64,000 bases of DNA from Dehalococcoidia bacterium (GTDB lineage Bacteria > Chloroflexota > Dehalococcoidia > UBA2979), in NCBI GenBank assembly GCA_045562675.1, contig JBJKVL010000001.1, positions 55,662 to 119,661 on the forward strand, written 5' to 3'. The notes under the pieces were generated by a model. It saw nothing but the letters and a program-made list of their open reading frames with translations, was not told the origin of the DNA and did not search any database. Numbering within the stretch: position 1 is the stretch's first letter; every line of letters begins with the position of its first letter. Position numbers and translations under genes: made by a program. This document shows positions 18,501 through 28,220 of this stretch, piece by piece.

Positions 18501-21203
18501 TTATTTTTTATTTGTAATTCTTTCTAGAGCACTATGTAGATTTTTTAGACGATCTTGTAAATCGTCCATTTTTTTCTGGTTAGTAGCAACTACATTTTGA
18601 GGCGCTTTTTGAATAAAGTCTTTATTAGTTAACAAATCATCAATTTTCTTAATGGCTAATTGGGTATTTTCAATCTCACTATTTATTTTTTTTATTTCAT
18701 TATCTATATCAATTAATTCCTTTAAAGGAATTAAAATTAGCCCTATTGGCAACGAAGCAGTAATAAAATCGTCAATATCTAAGTCTTCTTGTTTCGAAGT
18801 AATATTTAATGGTAAACATCTACCCATTTTAGCAATAATTAAAGACATGGATTCGATTAAATCGACTGAAGATTCAGAAATAATTGTAGTTTCATGCCAT
18901 TTTCCAGCTTCAACTTTATTTTCTGAGCGAATGTTTCTAATATTGACAACTATATTCTGTATTGCCTCGAAATCTTTTTGAGCTTTTGAGAATAAAAATT
19001 TTTTATTATGCTTAGGGTAAGAAGAGACAATTAATGGATTAGCATCTTGTACCTGAATCTTTTGGTTAATATCATGCCAAATCACTTCAGAGATAAATGG
19101 CATAAAAGGATGCAATAATTTGATAACATTAGAAAAAACAAAAACTAAAACTTCTGGAGAAAAATTATCATTATTTTGATTTCTTATTTTACATATTTCA
19201 ATATACCAATCAGCAAAATCGTCCCAAAAGAAATCTTTAATTAAAGATATAGCTTCAGAAAGCTCAAATTTTCCTAATAATCGATCTATGTCATCAATGA
19301 GTTCATTAAGATTATTTAATATCCATTGATCTTCAAGATTAAGTTTAGAATGATCAAATTCAGAATCATCAATTTTAGAAATATCTTTTTCTAAAGCAAT
19401 ATTTAAAACAAATTTATTTGCATTCCATAATTTATTAGCAAAGTTCCTTCCGGCAATAATCTTATCTTCAGTAATTCTTTGATCATTGCCAGGCGAAGAA
19501 CCTGCTAGTAAAGAAAATCTCAATGCATCTGTCCCATATTCTTCAATCAACTTAATTGGATCAACAACATTATTTTTAGATTTAGACATTTTAGAACCAT
19601 CAGCGGCTCTAACCAGTCCATGAAGATAAACATATTTGAAAGGAACTACGCCATCCATATTATATAGTGATAACATAATCATTCTGGCAACCCAAAAGAA
19701 AATGATATCATAGCCAGTTTCCATAACCTGAGTAGGATAAAATTTCTTTAAGTCATCTGAATCTGAATTAGGCCACCCAAGAGTTGAGTGAGGCCATAAA
19801 CCAGATGAAAACCAAGTGTCTAATGTATCTTCATCCTGTGATAAATTAGAAGAATCACAAAACAAACATTTATTCGGCTCTTGTATTTGTACATTTTCTT
19901 TATTGCATGCATTACAATACCATACTGGAATTCGGTGACCCCACCATATTTGTCTACTAATAGTCCAATCACGAATATTTTTCATCCAATGAAGATAAGT
20001 TTTCTCAAATCTGGCAGGTAAAAATTGAATTTCATTATTTTCAACCACTTGAATAGCCTGATCAGCTAAAGGACCAACTTTCACAAACCATTGCTTAGAC
20101 ATCAATGGCTCAATTATAGAACCAGTTCTCTGACTAATGCTCACGGAATGATTAATGGATTCAATTTTTTCTATTGCATTTAATGACTTCAATTTATTTA
20201 CAAATGGAACGCGCGCTTCTAGCCTATCAAGGCCTTCAAATTCTCCAGCAATTTCATTTAAAGAACCATCTAGATTAATCATTGAAAGCATCTGCAATGA
20301 ATGTCTTTCGCCTATTTCAAAATCAAGTTGATCATGTCCTGGAGTTACTTTTAAAGCACCAGTACCTAATTTAGGATCAATTGATTTATCAGCAATAATT
20401 TTAATCACTCTCTCAACATAAGGAACAATAACATTTTTTCCAACTAAATTTTTATACCTTTCATCATCAGGATGTACTGCAACTGCCGTATCTGCAGGAA
20501 TTGTTTCCGGCCTAGTTGTTGCTACAGTAATATGTTGATCTGAATCATCCTCAAGAACATATTTGACATACCAAAAATTACCTTCTTCTTCTATGTATTC
20601 AACTTCTAAATCAGAGACAACTGTCTGAGAGCTTGTATCCCAGTTAACAATTCTTTCACCTCGATAAATTAATCCATCATTATATAAATTCACAAAAGTA
20701 TGCCTGACAGCTAAAGCAGGGCCATCATCCATGGTAAATTTTTCTCTTTTCCAATCAACTGAAGCACCTAATCTACGATGTTGGGAAGTAATGCGTTTGC
20801 GAGAATTATTAACAAATTTCCAAACATGATCTAAAAATTTTTCTCTGCCTAAATCCTTTCTGCTTATTCCATCAGCAATTAATTGTTTTTCAACTATTGC
20901 GTTTACAGCAATAGCAGCATGATCGACTCCAGGAAGCCAAAGTGACTGTTTCCCTAGCATTCGATTCCATCTAATAAGTGAATCTTCAACAGCAACAGTA
21001 AGTGCATGTCCTAAATGTAACTCGCCAGTTAAATTTGGTGGCGGCATAATAACAGTAAATGGTTCACCACTGCCAGAGGGAGCAAATAAGTTATTTTGCT
21101 CCCAATAATCATAAATGAGTTCTTCAAATAACAATGAATTATATGCAGAACTAGCATTTTTATTTATTAAATTAATAACCTTTTTTGAAAACTTATTTGC
21201 CAT
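18501..21203 (-). CDS. valS: valine--tRNA ligase
   Basis: PPPNLTGELHLGHA, ATTRPET, RQIWWGHRIP, DTWFSS, KMSKS, C-terminal coiled coil KAPQNVV. Confidence 0.97.
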   Translation of the reverse strand: MANKFSKKVINLINKNASSAYNSLLFEELIYDYWEQNNLFAPSGSGEPFTVIMPPPNLTGELHLGHALTVAVEDSLIRWNRMLGKQSLWLPGVDHAAIAVNAIVEKQLIADGISRKDLGREKFLDHVWKFVNNSRKRITSQHRRLGASVDWKREKFTMDDGPALAVRHTFVNLYNDGLIYRGERIVNWDTSSQTVVSDLEVEYIEEEGNFWYVKYVLEDDSDQHITVATTRPETIPADTAVAVHPDDERYKNLVGKNVIVPYVERVIKIIADKSIDPKLGTGALKVTPGHDQLDFEIGERHSLQMLSMINLDGSLNEIAGEFEGLDRLEARVPFVNKLKSLNAIEKIESINHSVSISQRTGSIIEPLMSKQWFVKVGPLADQAIQVVENNEIQFLPARFEKTYLHWMKNIRDWTISRQIWWGHRIPVWYCNACNKENVQIQEPNKCLFCDSSNLSQDEDTLDTWFSSGLWPHSTLGWPNSDSDDLKKFYPTQVMETGYDIIFFWVARMIMLSLYNMDGVVPFKYVYLHGLVRAADGSKMSKSKNNVVDPIKLIEEYGTDALRFSLLAGSSPGNDQRITEDKIIAGRNFANKLWNANKFVLNIALEKDISKIDDSEFDHSKLNLEDQWILNNLNELIDDIDRLLGKFELSEAISLIKDFFWDDFADWYIEICKIRNQNNDNFSPEVLVFVFSNVIKLLHPFMPFISEVIWHDINQKIQVQDANPLIVSSYPKHNKKFLFSKAQKDFEAIQNIVVNIRNIRSENKVEAGKWHETTIISESSVDLIESMSLIIAKMGRCLPLNITSKQEDLDIDDFITASLPIGLILIPLKELIDIDNEIKKINSEIENTQLAIKKIDDLLTNKDFIQKAPQNVVATNQKKMDDLQDRLKNLHSALERITNKK

Positions 21204-21221
21204 ATATGACCCTGAATAGAA

Positions 21222-21833
21222 CTAATTTTCAAAATATGATTTTAACGACCACATACCAGGCAAAAAGCCTGCAGCAAGAATAATTTTTATTGTATCACCT
21301 AAAAGAAAAGGTTCTAAGCCCAACGAAATTGCTTTTCCATATCCAACATTGAGACTATAAGCTAGCCAGATGACACCAAAAATATAAATTATTGCATTAC
21401 CAATCAACATAGATGCAATAACTGAAACAGGCTTTCTATCCCAGCCCATTTCAGAGAGATATCCTACAACATATGCAGCTGCTGCAAACCCAACAAGATA
21501 GCCAGCAGTAGCTCCAGAAAAATATGCCCAGCCTGAAGAAGAGCCAGCAAAAACAGGTAAACCAGCAATGCCAACAAATAAATAAGCTAACATAGTTATA
21601 ATGCCAAGCCTGCTACCATATGCTGCAGCTAAAATTAAAACGCCAAAAGTCTGTCCAGTGATTGGTACTGGTGTAAAAAATAAAGAAATTCTAATTTGAG
21701 CAGTCATCCACAAAATTAGTATGCCCGAAAAAACCAGAAGTAATGTTTTAATAATAACCTGCTCATTCATTGGTAATGCACGTGCAAGTGATGGATATTT
21801 ATCATTATTATTTTTAAAAAATAGAAAACTCAT
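21222..21833 (-). CDS. bioY: biotin transporter BioY
   Basis: PVPITGQTFGV, GLPVFAG, TAGYLVGF, PFLLGDTIK. Confidence 0.93.
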   Translation of the reverse strand: MSFLFFKNNNDKYPSLARALPMNEQVIIKTLLLVFSGILILWMTAQIRISLFFTPVPITGQTFGVLILAAAYGSRLGIITMLAYLFVGIAGLPVFAGSSSGWAYFSGATAGYLVGFAAAAYVVGYLSEMGWDRKPVSVIASMLIGNAIIYIFGVIWLAYSLNVGYGKAISLGLEPFLLGDTIKIILAAGFLPGMWSLKSYFEN

Positions 21834-21957
21834 AGCACCTCCCTAGATTATAATGAGTAACAACTTATTTTAAATATTAAATTGATTACTAGATAAATAA
21901 TATAATAAGACATTATCAAGGATAATATACAAAGATTCTAGTTAAGGAGCAAAGAAG

Positions 21958-22464
21958 ATGGAAGTAATAGGAATAGGCTATTTAGCTATTATTTGCCAAA
22001 ATATTGATGAGACAGTTAATTTTTACTGTAATGGCTTAGGATTTGAAAGAATTTATCAAGAACCTAATCGAGATGATCTGGAGTCAACTCAAGTATTACT
22101 AATGAACAAAAATGGTAATGGAATAATGCTTATTGGTCCTAATGATCCAAATATGAAGCTAGCAGAAAAAAATATTGGAGTTGGATCAATGCAATATCTA
22201 GCATTATATGTAAAAAATGCTGATTTAGATGAAGCATTTTATAATTTATCAAATGCAGGCATCCAAATAAGTGAAGAAATACAAAGAGGATATGAGCGAA
22301 TAGTTTTTCTTGAAGATCCTAATGGCACCTTAATAACATTAATAAGTTGGCCAGGGATAGATAATTTGTCACCAAATGAATATATTAAAATCTTAAAAAA
22401 TGTCGAAGAATACAGAAAAAAAGACAAATCAGAATTTATAGAAAAAAAACATTTCGAAAAATAG
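21958..22464 (+). CDS. VOC/glyoxalase-fold protein
   Basis: NIDETVNFYCNGLGF and VFLEDPNGTLI patterns; AAGGAG SD. Confidence 0.8.
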   Translation: MEVIGIGYLAIICQNIDETVNFYCNGLGFERIYQEPNRDDLESTQVLLMNKNGNGIMLIGPNDPNMKLAEKNIGVGSMQYLALYVKNADLDEAFYNLSNAGIQISEEIQRGYERIVFLEDPNGTLITLISWPGIDNLSPNEYIKILKNVEEYRKKDKSEFIEKKHFEK

Positions 22465-22550
22465 TTTCATCTACTTATTTACTGTAGTGACTGCACGTTT
22501 AAGCTGTGTAATAATAATTATTTGTATTAGATAGTTTGTAAGGTAATAAA

Positions 22551-22688
22551 ATGCCCAAAAGAACTTGGCAACCAAAAGTAAGAAAAAGACTTAAGAAACA
22601 TGGTTTTCGTGCAAGAATGTCTACTAGGGCTGGAAGAGCAATTCTAAGTAGAAGAAGAAACAAGAACAGAACGTCATTGACTGTCTAA
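22551..22688 (+). CDS. rpmH: 50S ribosomal protein L34
   Basis: Not in ORF track (45 aa). [45 protein letters not shown]; followed by rnpA. Confidence 0.97.
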   Translation: MPKRTWQPKVRKRLKKHGFRARMSTRAGRAILSRRRNKNRTSLTV

Positions 22689-22698
22689 AATCAGTCTA

Positions 22699-23034
22699 AT
22701 GCTAAAAACATTAATGAATAATAAAATAAAACTTTACAAACACGAAATTAATAATATTTATAATGCTGGAAAACATATAAATTCTAGTTATGTAAAGTTA
22801 ATTACTCTAAAAAATAGTTATAATCAGAACAGATTAGTATTTTCAATAAAAAAACAACACGCAAATGCTGTTGAGAGAAATAAGATAAAAAGGAGAATTA
22901 CAGCAATAATACGAAAAAATGAACAAATAAATGGATTTGACATGGTAGTAAGTGTCTTTCCTCAGATAAAAATAGCAACTTTTACAGAATTAGAAGAAGA
23001 TTTTAAAAAAATATTAGTAAAATTAGAAAAATAG
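22699..23034 (+). CDS. rnpA: ribonuclease P protein component
   Basis: RLVFSIKK..NAVERNKIKRR (RNR-type motif); synteny after rpmH. Confidence 0.9.
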   Translation: MLKTLMNNKIKLYKHEINNIYNAGKHINSSYVKLITLKNSYNQNRLVFSIKKQHANAVERNKIKRRITAIIRKNEQINGFDMVVSVFPQIKIATFTELEEDFKKILVKLEK

Positions 23035-23083
23035 TTTACATAAAAATAAAAATATGAATAAATAGAAGGAAAGAATTAATTTT

Positions 23084-23365
23084 TTGAAAAAATTTACAAT
23101 ATATCTAATAAAAATGTACCAAATGATCATTTCTAGAAATACATATATTCAGTGTAGGCATTTCCCTACTTGTTCAAATTATTCATTAAACGCTTTAGAT
23201 AAATACGGATTCTTTTTAGGTTTATCTATCTCTGTTAAAAGAATATTCCGATGTTTTTTCTTCAATAAAATGTCTTACGACCCACTGCCAAATTTAAATC
23301 ATGCTGAATTAGTAAATTTTAAAATGTTCCACGTGAAACATTTTAAAAAAACGAATAAGGATTAA
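23084..23365 (+). CDS. yidD: membrane protein insertion efficiency factor
   Basis: YQMIIS, CRHFPTCSNY, KRIFRC, YDPLP; synteny. Confidence 0.88.
   Translation: MKKFTIYLIKMYQMIISRNTYIQCRHFPTCSNYSLNALDKYGFFLGLSISVKRIFRCFFFNKMSYDPLPNLNHAELVNFKMFHVKHFKKTNKD
23325..23340. promoter_or_regulatory. parS centromere-like ParB binding site
   Basis: TGTTCCACGTGAAACA, an exact match to the canonical TGTTNCACGTGAAACA; parAB lie about 1.7 kb downstream. Confidence 0.93.
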
Positions 23366-23368
23366 TTT

Positions 23369-24271
23369 ATGCCTATAGGTTCTACATGGAGATTTTTAAT
23401 AGAGGATCCTCTTCTAAATATACTTGTTGGATTAAGTAACTGGCTATTTGACTCATATGGGCTTGCAATTCTTGCATTTACTTTAATAACAAGGCTCATA
23501 ACCTTTCCTTTAACCAAAAAAACGCTAAATTCAATGAAAAATTTACAATTGATCCAGCCAAAAATACAAGAAATTCAGAAAAAATATTCAGATCCTAAGA
23601 GAAGATCTGAAGAAACAATGAAACTATACAAAGAAGCTGGCGTTAATCCTTTAGGATGTCTAGGGCCTCAATTAATTCAACTACCTATATTTATAGGTTT
23701 ATATCAAGTAATTAGGTTAACTTCTTCACAAGATGTAAATAAATTAACTGAACTAGCAGAAAGATTATATAATTTTGATTTTATAACAAATGGAATGCCA
23801 TTATCGAATGAATTTTTATTTATAAACTTAAATACAAATGGTGAATGGTATCTAGCTTTAATTGTATTTATATCTGCATATATGCAACAAAAACTATCTT
23901 CGGCATCCAATCAAACTACACAGAATGATCAACAAAAACAAATGAACAAAATGTTACAAATATTTATGCCAGTATTCTTTGCGTACATCATATTTTCAGT
24001 TCCATCAGGATTAGGGCTTTATTGGGGAGCAAGTACAATTATGGGTATTATTCTTCATGTTATGTTCATAGGAATGCCTGAGAATAAAATGCAGCTTATA
24101 CCAATAATTGGATCAATGGCATCCAAACAAAATACAGAAAACAATTTAAATTCATTAAAAGAAGGGAAAAAAGATAATGAACCTAGTAGAAGTAAACGGC
24201 AAAACAGTAGAAGAGGCAGTGGATCGAGCACTAAAAAAACTAGGCCTAACAAAAAAAGACGTAGAAGTTGA
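23369..24271 (+). CDS. yidC: membrane protein insertase YidC (short, monoderm type)
   Basis: YGLAILAFTLITRLITFPL, IQPKIQEIQKKY, GVNPLGCL, PSGLGLYW. Confidence 0.95.
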   Translation: MPIGSTWRFLIEDPLLNILVGLSNWLFDSYGLAILAFTLITRLITFPLTKKTLNSMKNLQLIQPKIQEIQKKYSDPKRRSEETMKLYKEAGVNPLGCLGPQLIQLPIFIGLYQVIRLTSSQDVNKLTELAERLYNFDFITNGMPLSNEFLFINLNTNGEWYLALIVFISAYMQQKLSSASNQTTQNDQQKQMNKMLQIFMPVFFAYIIFSVPSGLGLYWGASTIMGIILHVMFIGMPENKMQLIPIIGSMASKQNTENNLNSLKEGKKDNEPSRSKRQNSRRGSGSSTKKTRPNKKRRRS

Positions 24272-24992
24272 AATCGTTTCAACTGGAAAAACTGGCTTTT
24301 TAGGACTCGGCTCAGAAGATGCAGTGGTGAGAGTAACTGCAAAAAAGGGTGCTGTGCAGAAAAAAACACGACCTTATGCATCAAAAAATAATGATAATAA
24401 TCGAAGGAACAATAATTATAGGAATATTGAATTACCTGTTAATATCCCTGGACAACCAGAAGATCTACCTCAAAAAGTGGCTGATGATTTTAAAGACGAG
24501 ACAGATTTAGCAGGAAAAACAATAAGAGATTTATTAAATTACTTAGGATTTAGTGAAACTAAAATTACCTCAAGAGAGCCTCAAAATGAAGAAGAGGGCC
24601 TTGGAAGAATTGATTCATTATTTAATATCAAGCCAATTTCAAGAGATAACAAAAAAGAACTTGGCATATTAATTGGAAAATCTGGGCATACCATAAGATC
24701 GTTGCAAACAATTGTAAATGCAATTGTAGGCCAACAAGTAGAAGAACGAAAATATTTTGGAATTGATATTGACTCATATAAAGTAAGAAAAAATGAAGCA
24801 TTGTCAGAAATGGCATTAGATATAGCTGATGAAATTAGAATTACTAAAGAAACAGTAATTTTAGAGCCAATGCCTCCAGCTGAAAGAAGAATCATACACC
24901 TTGTGATAGAACAAGAAGAAGGTGTTAGTTCAAAAAGTAGCGGGAGAGGCAATGAAAGAAAAGTTGAAATATACTATAGTAATGAAGAGTAA
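24177..24992 (+). CDS. jag: Jag/EloR (KhpB) RNA-binding protein
   Basis: Jag_N GKTVEEAV...GFLGLG, KH LIGKSGHTIRSLQ, R3H PMPPAERRIIH. Confidence 0.93.
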   Translation: MNLVEVNGKTVEEAVDRALKKLGLTKKDVEVEIVSTGKTGFLGLGSEDAVVRVTAKKGAVQKKTRPYASKNNDNNRRNNNYRNIELPVNIPGQPEDLPQKVADDFKDETDLAGKTIRDLLNYLGFSETKITSREPQNEEEGLGRIDSLFNIKPISRDNKKELGILIGKSGHTIRSLQTIVNAIVGQQVEERKYFGIDIDSYKVRKNEALSEMALDIADEIRITKETVILEPMPPAERRIIHLVIEQEEGVSSKSSGRGNERKVEIYYSNEE

Positions 24993-25018
24993 AAAATAAT
25001 TTTCGATAAGCAAATATA

Positions 25019-25795
25019 ATGTTCTCAAAGATCATATCTGTAAGCAACCAAAAAGGTGGGGTTGGAAAAACAACAACAGCAGTGACAATAGCAACTGAGC
25101 TAGCACTAAAAAATTATAAAACTTTACTTATAGATTGTGATCCGCAATCAAATTCAACATCTTCTTTTGAAATAAATAAATTGCCAAATCAAACTATATA
25201 TGAAGTGCTAGTTAATCAAGAAAGTATCAATAATAGCATATGCTCAACATCAATAGACAAACTATATTTAGCCCCTAGTAATCAAAATTTGTCAGCAGCA
25301 GAGATAGAACTAGTTGACATAACAAATAGAGAGATGTTACTTAAAAAGGCTATCAACGAAGTTGAAAAAGACTACGATTACATTATAATTGATACTCCTC
25401 CAGCCCTAGGAATTCTCACAATTAATTGTTTAACTGCTTGTAAATGGGTATTAATTCCTCTGCAAGTAGAGTATTTTGCATTAGAGGGATTGAATAATCT
25501 TATGCAAACAATTGAAATGATTAAAGATAAAATCAATGATAAAATTACAATATTAGGAATTATTTTAACAATGTTTGATAAAAGAAATAAGTTAAGTTTT
25601 GAAATCGAATCTGAAATCAAAAAATACTTTGATGCCTTATTGCTTGGAAACATTCCTAGATCAATTAGAATAGCAGAAGCTCCTAGTCATGGTATGCCTA
25701 TACAAATCTATGACAAAAATTCTCCAGGTGCTCAAGCATATTGTATAATAACTAGTAAAATATTAGAAAAAATTGAAAATATAGAAAATAGTTAA
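25019..25795 (+). CDS. parA: chromosome partitioning ATPase ParA/Soj
   Basis: NQKGGVGKTTT, DCDPQSN, IIIDTPP, EYFALEG, IPRSIRIAEAPSHG. Confidence 0.96.
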   Translation: MFSKIISVSNQKGGVGKTTTAVTIATELALKNYKTLLIDCDPQSNSTSSFEINKLPNQTIYEVLVNQESINNSICSTSIDKLYLAPSNQNLSAAEIELVDITNREMLLKKAINEVEKDYDYIIIDTPPALGILTINCLTACKWVLIPLQVEYFALEGLNNLMQTIEMIKDKINDKITILGIILTMFDKRNKLSFEIESEIKKYFDALLLGNIPRSIRIAEAPSHGMPIQIYDKNSPGAQAYCIITSKILEKIENIENS

Positions 25796-26662
25796 ATGGA
25801 AAAAAAGAATAAATTAGGTAAAGGCTTAGGTGCATTAATTTCATCTAATCAATCTGATGAATTAAATGATCAAATCAGCAAGATAAAAATTACAGCTGTC
25901 TCCCCAAACCCTGCTCAACCCAGAAAAAATTTTAATGAGGATGATATCCAGGAGTTAGCAGAATCAATAAAAAATCATGGCGTATTGCAGCCAATAATTA
26001 TCAGAAATAACCCAAATAATCAGAATGAATATCTATTAATTGCTGGTGAAAGAAGGTTAAGAGCATCAAAAATTGCTGGGCTTGATAAAATCCCTGCAAT
26101 TATAAAAAAGATTGATGATCAAGAAAATGTAGAACTGGCTATAATTGAAAATATTCAAAGAAAAAACCTAAGTGCTCTTGAAGAAGCAGCCGCTTATAAA
26201 CAACTTGCTGATGAATATAACTTAATTCAAGAAGACATTGCTCAAAAAGTAGGTAAATCGAGGTCAGCAATTGCTAATGCAATAAGATTATTAGAACTAC
26301 CAAACGAAATACAGTTAATGTTACAAGAAGAAAAATTGAGTGTAGGACATGCAAAGTTATTACTAACAATTGATTCTAGTAAACAAATCTTTTTTGCAAA
26401 ACTTGTAATAGATAAAAATTTAAGTGTTAGAGATTTAGAAAACAATATAAAAAATATGAGTGTAAAAGCCACTCAAAAAGATGTAACTATAAAACAAGAT
26501 CCTGATGTAAAAATTATTGAAGAAGAATTAATTAAAATATTTGGTACTTCCGTTAAAATTAATTTAAATAAAAAAAATTCAGGTACTGTAAAAATTAATT
26601 TTCACAGTATTGATGAATTTGAAGGTATTTTAGAAAAATTAAAATATGAGAAGGGTAACTAA
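25796..26662 (+). CDS. parB: chromosome partitioning protein ParB/Spo0J
   Basis: LGKGLGALI, PNPAQPRKNF, GERRLRA, IENIQR, GKSRSAIANAIRLL. Confidence 0.96.
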   Translation: MEKKNKLGKGLGALISSNQSDELNDQISKIKITAVSPNPAQPRKNFNEDDIQELAESIKNHGVLQPIIIRNNPNNQNEYLLIAGERRLRASKIAGLDKIPAIIKKIDDQENVELAIIENIQRKNLSALEEAAAYKQLADEYNLIQEDIAQKVGKSRSAIANAIRLLELPNEIQLMLQEEKLSVGHAKLLLTIDSSKQIFFAKLVIDKNLSVRDLENNIKNMSVKATQKDVTIKQDPDVKIIEEELIKIFGTSVKINLNKKNSGTVKINFHSIDEFEGILEKLKYEKGN

Positions 26663-26665
26663 TAA

Positions 26666-27157
26666 ATGTCAAGAATAGACTTTGTGACAGGAGCACCAAT
26701 TCGATACGCTGAAATAGTTTCAGATGTGGCAAATTTGAGTAATCTAACAAAAAAAGCAATAGAACAAAAAATAACAGAAAAAAAAAGTAAAAAGGATACC
26801 AGTAGCAATGAGGAAGAATGGTCGACCCATAGAATATTATGTCACATGTTAAATTACTCATCTAATATCAACCTATTAATAACAAGAATGTTAGTAGATA
26901 CAGATCCCAAGCAAATTAAATGGAATGAAAATAGTATTTATGAAAATCTAAAGCAAAAAGAAAAGCCAACAATTAGCATCTTTAATCAATTTAAAGAAAA
27001 TATTGAAGAATTAGTAGCAACATTGTCCAAAACTCCTGATGCAGCATGGGGTAGATCTGGCAATCATGTTTATCTTGGCAAAATTTCAGTTAAGCAATTA
27101 GTAAAATGGCATTGCAATCATCTTGTACAGCATATTAACCAAATTAATGATTCATAA
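26666..27157 (+). CDS. DinB-like four-helix-bundle protein
   Basis: WSTHRILCH, AWGRSGNH, HLVQHINQI. Confidence 0.75.
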   Translation: MSRIDFVTGAPIRYAEIVSDVANLSNLTKKAIEQKITEKKSKKDTSSNEEEWSTHRILCHMLNYSSNINLLITRMLVDTDPKQIKWNENSIYENLKQKEKPTISIFNQFKENIEELVATLSKTPDAAWGRSGNHVYLGKISVKQLVKWHCNHLVQHINQINDS

Positions 27158-27164
27158 ATATTAA

Positions 27165-28220
27165 CTAATCAGAACCTTGCATCCTCAAAAGTAAAATCTG
27201 CAAGCTCACTAATGAATTGACATTAAATGCTAATTGATTTTTAGCATATGCTATATTTTTTAAATTACTAATAATATTATTAAATGAAAATGAACTATTC
27301 TTATTAAAAAAACTAGGGGCGATATTAATATTATTCATTGCATATAAATGCCATCTAAACCAATCCTCCCAACAATTTAATATCAAATGGAAAAGAGCGG
27401 GATCGCTACGATAAATCGAATTTAAATTTTCAGCAAAATTGATTCTATCAATAGTTTTTGCATTCAATATTTGACTTAATTCTGAAAATATTTTACTGAT
27501 AGAATCAACATTTTCTTGATTATTGGCCAGCTGACTAGCACTATCAATTCTTGCTCTGCTCAAAATTGCAAAATCTGATGCAACATGATCATCAATTTGA
27601 AACTTTTTAGACAAAATCTTTTGGATTTTTTGAAAATTTAGTGGAGGAATTTCAATAATATGGCATCTTGATTTAACTGTATCAAGAACATTATTAATGT
27701 CATTAGCAATTAAAAGAAAAATGGTTGATTGCGGAGCATCTTCAAGTGTTTTAAGTAGAGCATTAGCGGCTTCTGGAGTCATTAGATTTATATTACTCAC
27801 AATAAATATTTTATATTTTGCAGTAGTAGGTGAAAGCATAGAAATTCTATTAATTCTTTTGATCTGGCATATCTTAATTGAACGAGAACCATCTGAATTA
27901 TGATTTCTATGATTTGCATCGTTTAAATCGCAATTGCTGTCTGTATCAAAATGTAGGATGTCTGAATGTGTTCCATTATTGATATTTAAACAAGATTGAC
28001 AAGAACAATTTGCTTGATAAGATTCACAAACTAATAACTTTGCAAATAGTTTAGCTAGATATCTTTTCCCTATACCTGGTGGTCCATTAAATAAATAACT
28101 AGCACTTAATGAAGATATATTAAAATATCTAAGATATTGCTGTGCTATTTCATCATATTCAGTTTCAATTAATAGACCTAGTTCATGCTTTGTTAATTCA
28201 TTTATCATTATCGAACTCAA
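27165..28220 (-). CDS. holB: DNA polymerase III subunit delta'
   Basis: YLFNGPPGIGK, Zn cysteines, MTPEAANALLKTLED, TVKSRC. Confidence 0.9.
   Translation of the reverse strand: MSSIMINELTKHELGLLIETEYDEIAQQYLRYFNISSLSASYLFNGPPGIGKRYLAKLFAKLLVCESYQANCSCQSCLNINNGTHSDILHFDTDSNCDLNDANHRNHNSDGSRSIKICQIKRINRISMLSPTTAKYKIFIVSNINLMTPEAANALLKTLEDAPQSTIFLLIANDINNVLDTVKSRCHIIEIPPLNFQKIQKILSKKFQIDDHVASDFAILSRARIDSASQLANNQENVDSISKIFSELSQILNAKTIDRINFAENLNSIYRSDPALFHLILNCWEDWFRWHLYAMNNINIAPSFFNKNSSFSFNNIISNLKNIAYAKNQLAFNVNSLVSLQILLLRMQGSD

Noticed and set aside
22465-22550. oriC upstream of rpmH
   Set aside because: Only 86 nt, no DnaA boxes seen, no dnaA adjacent.
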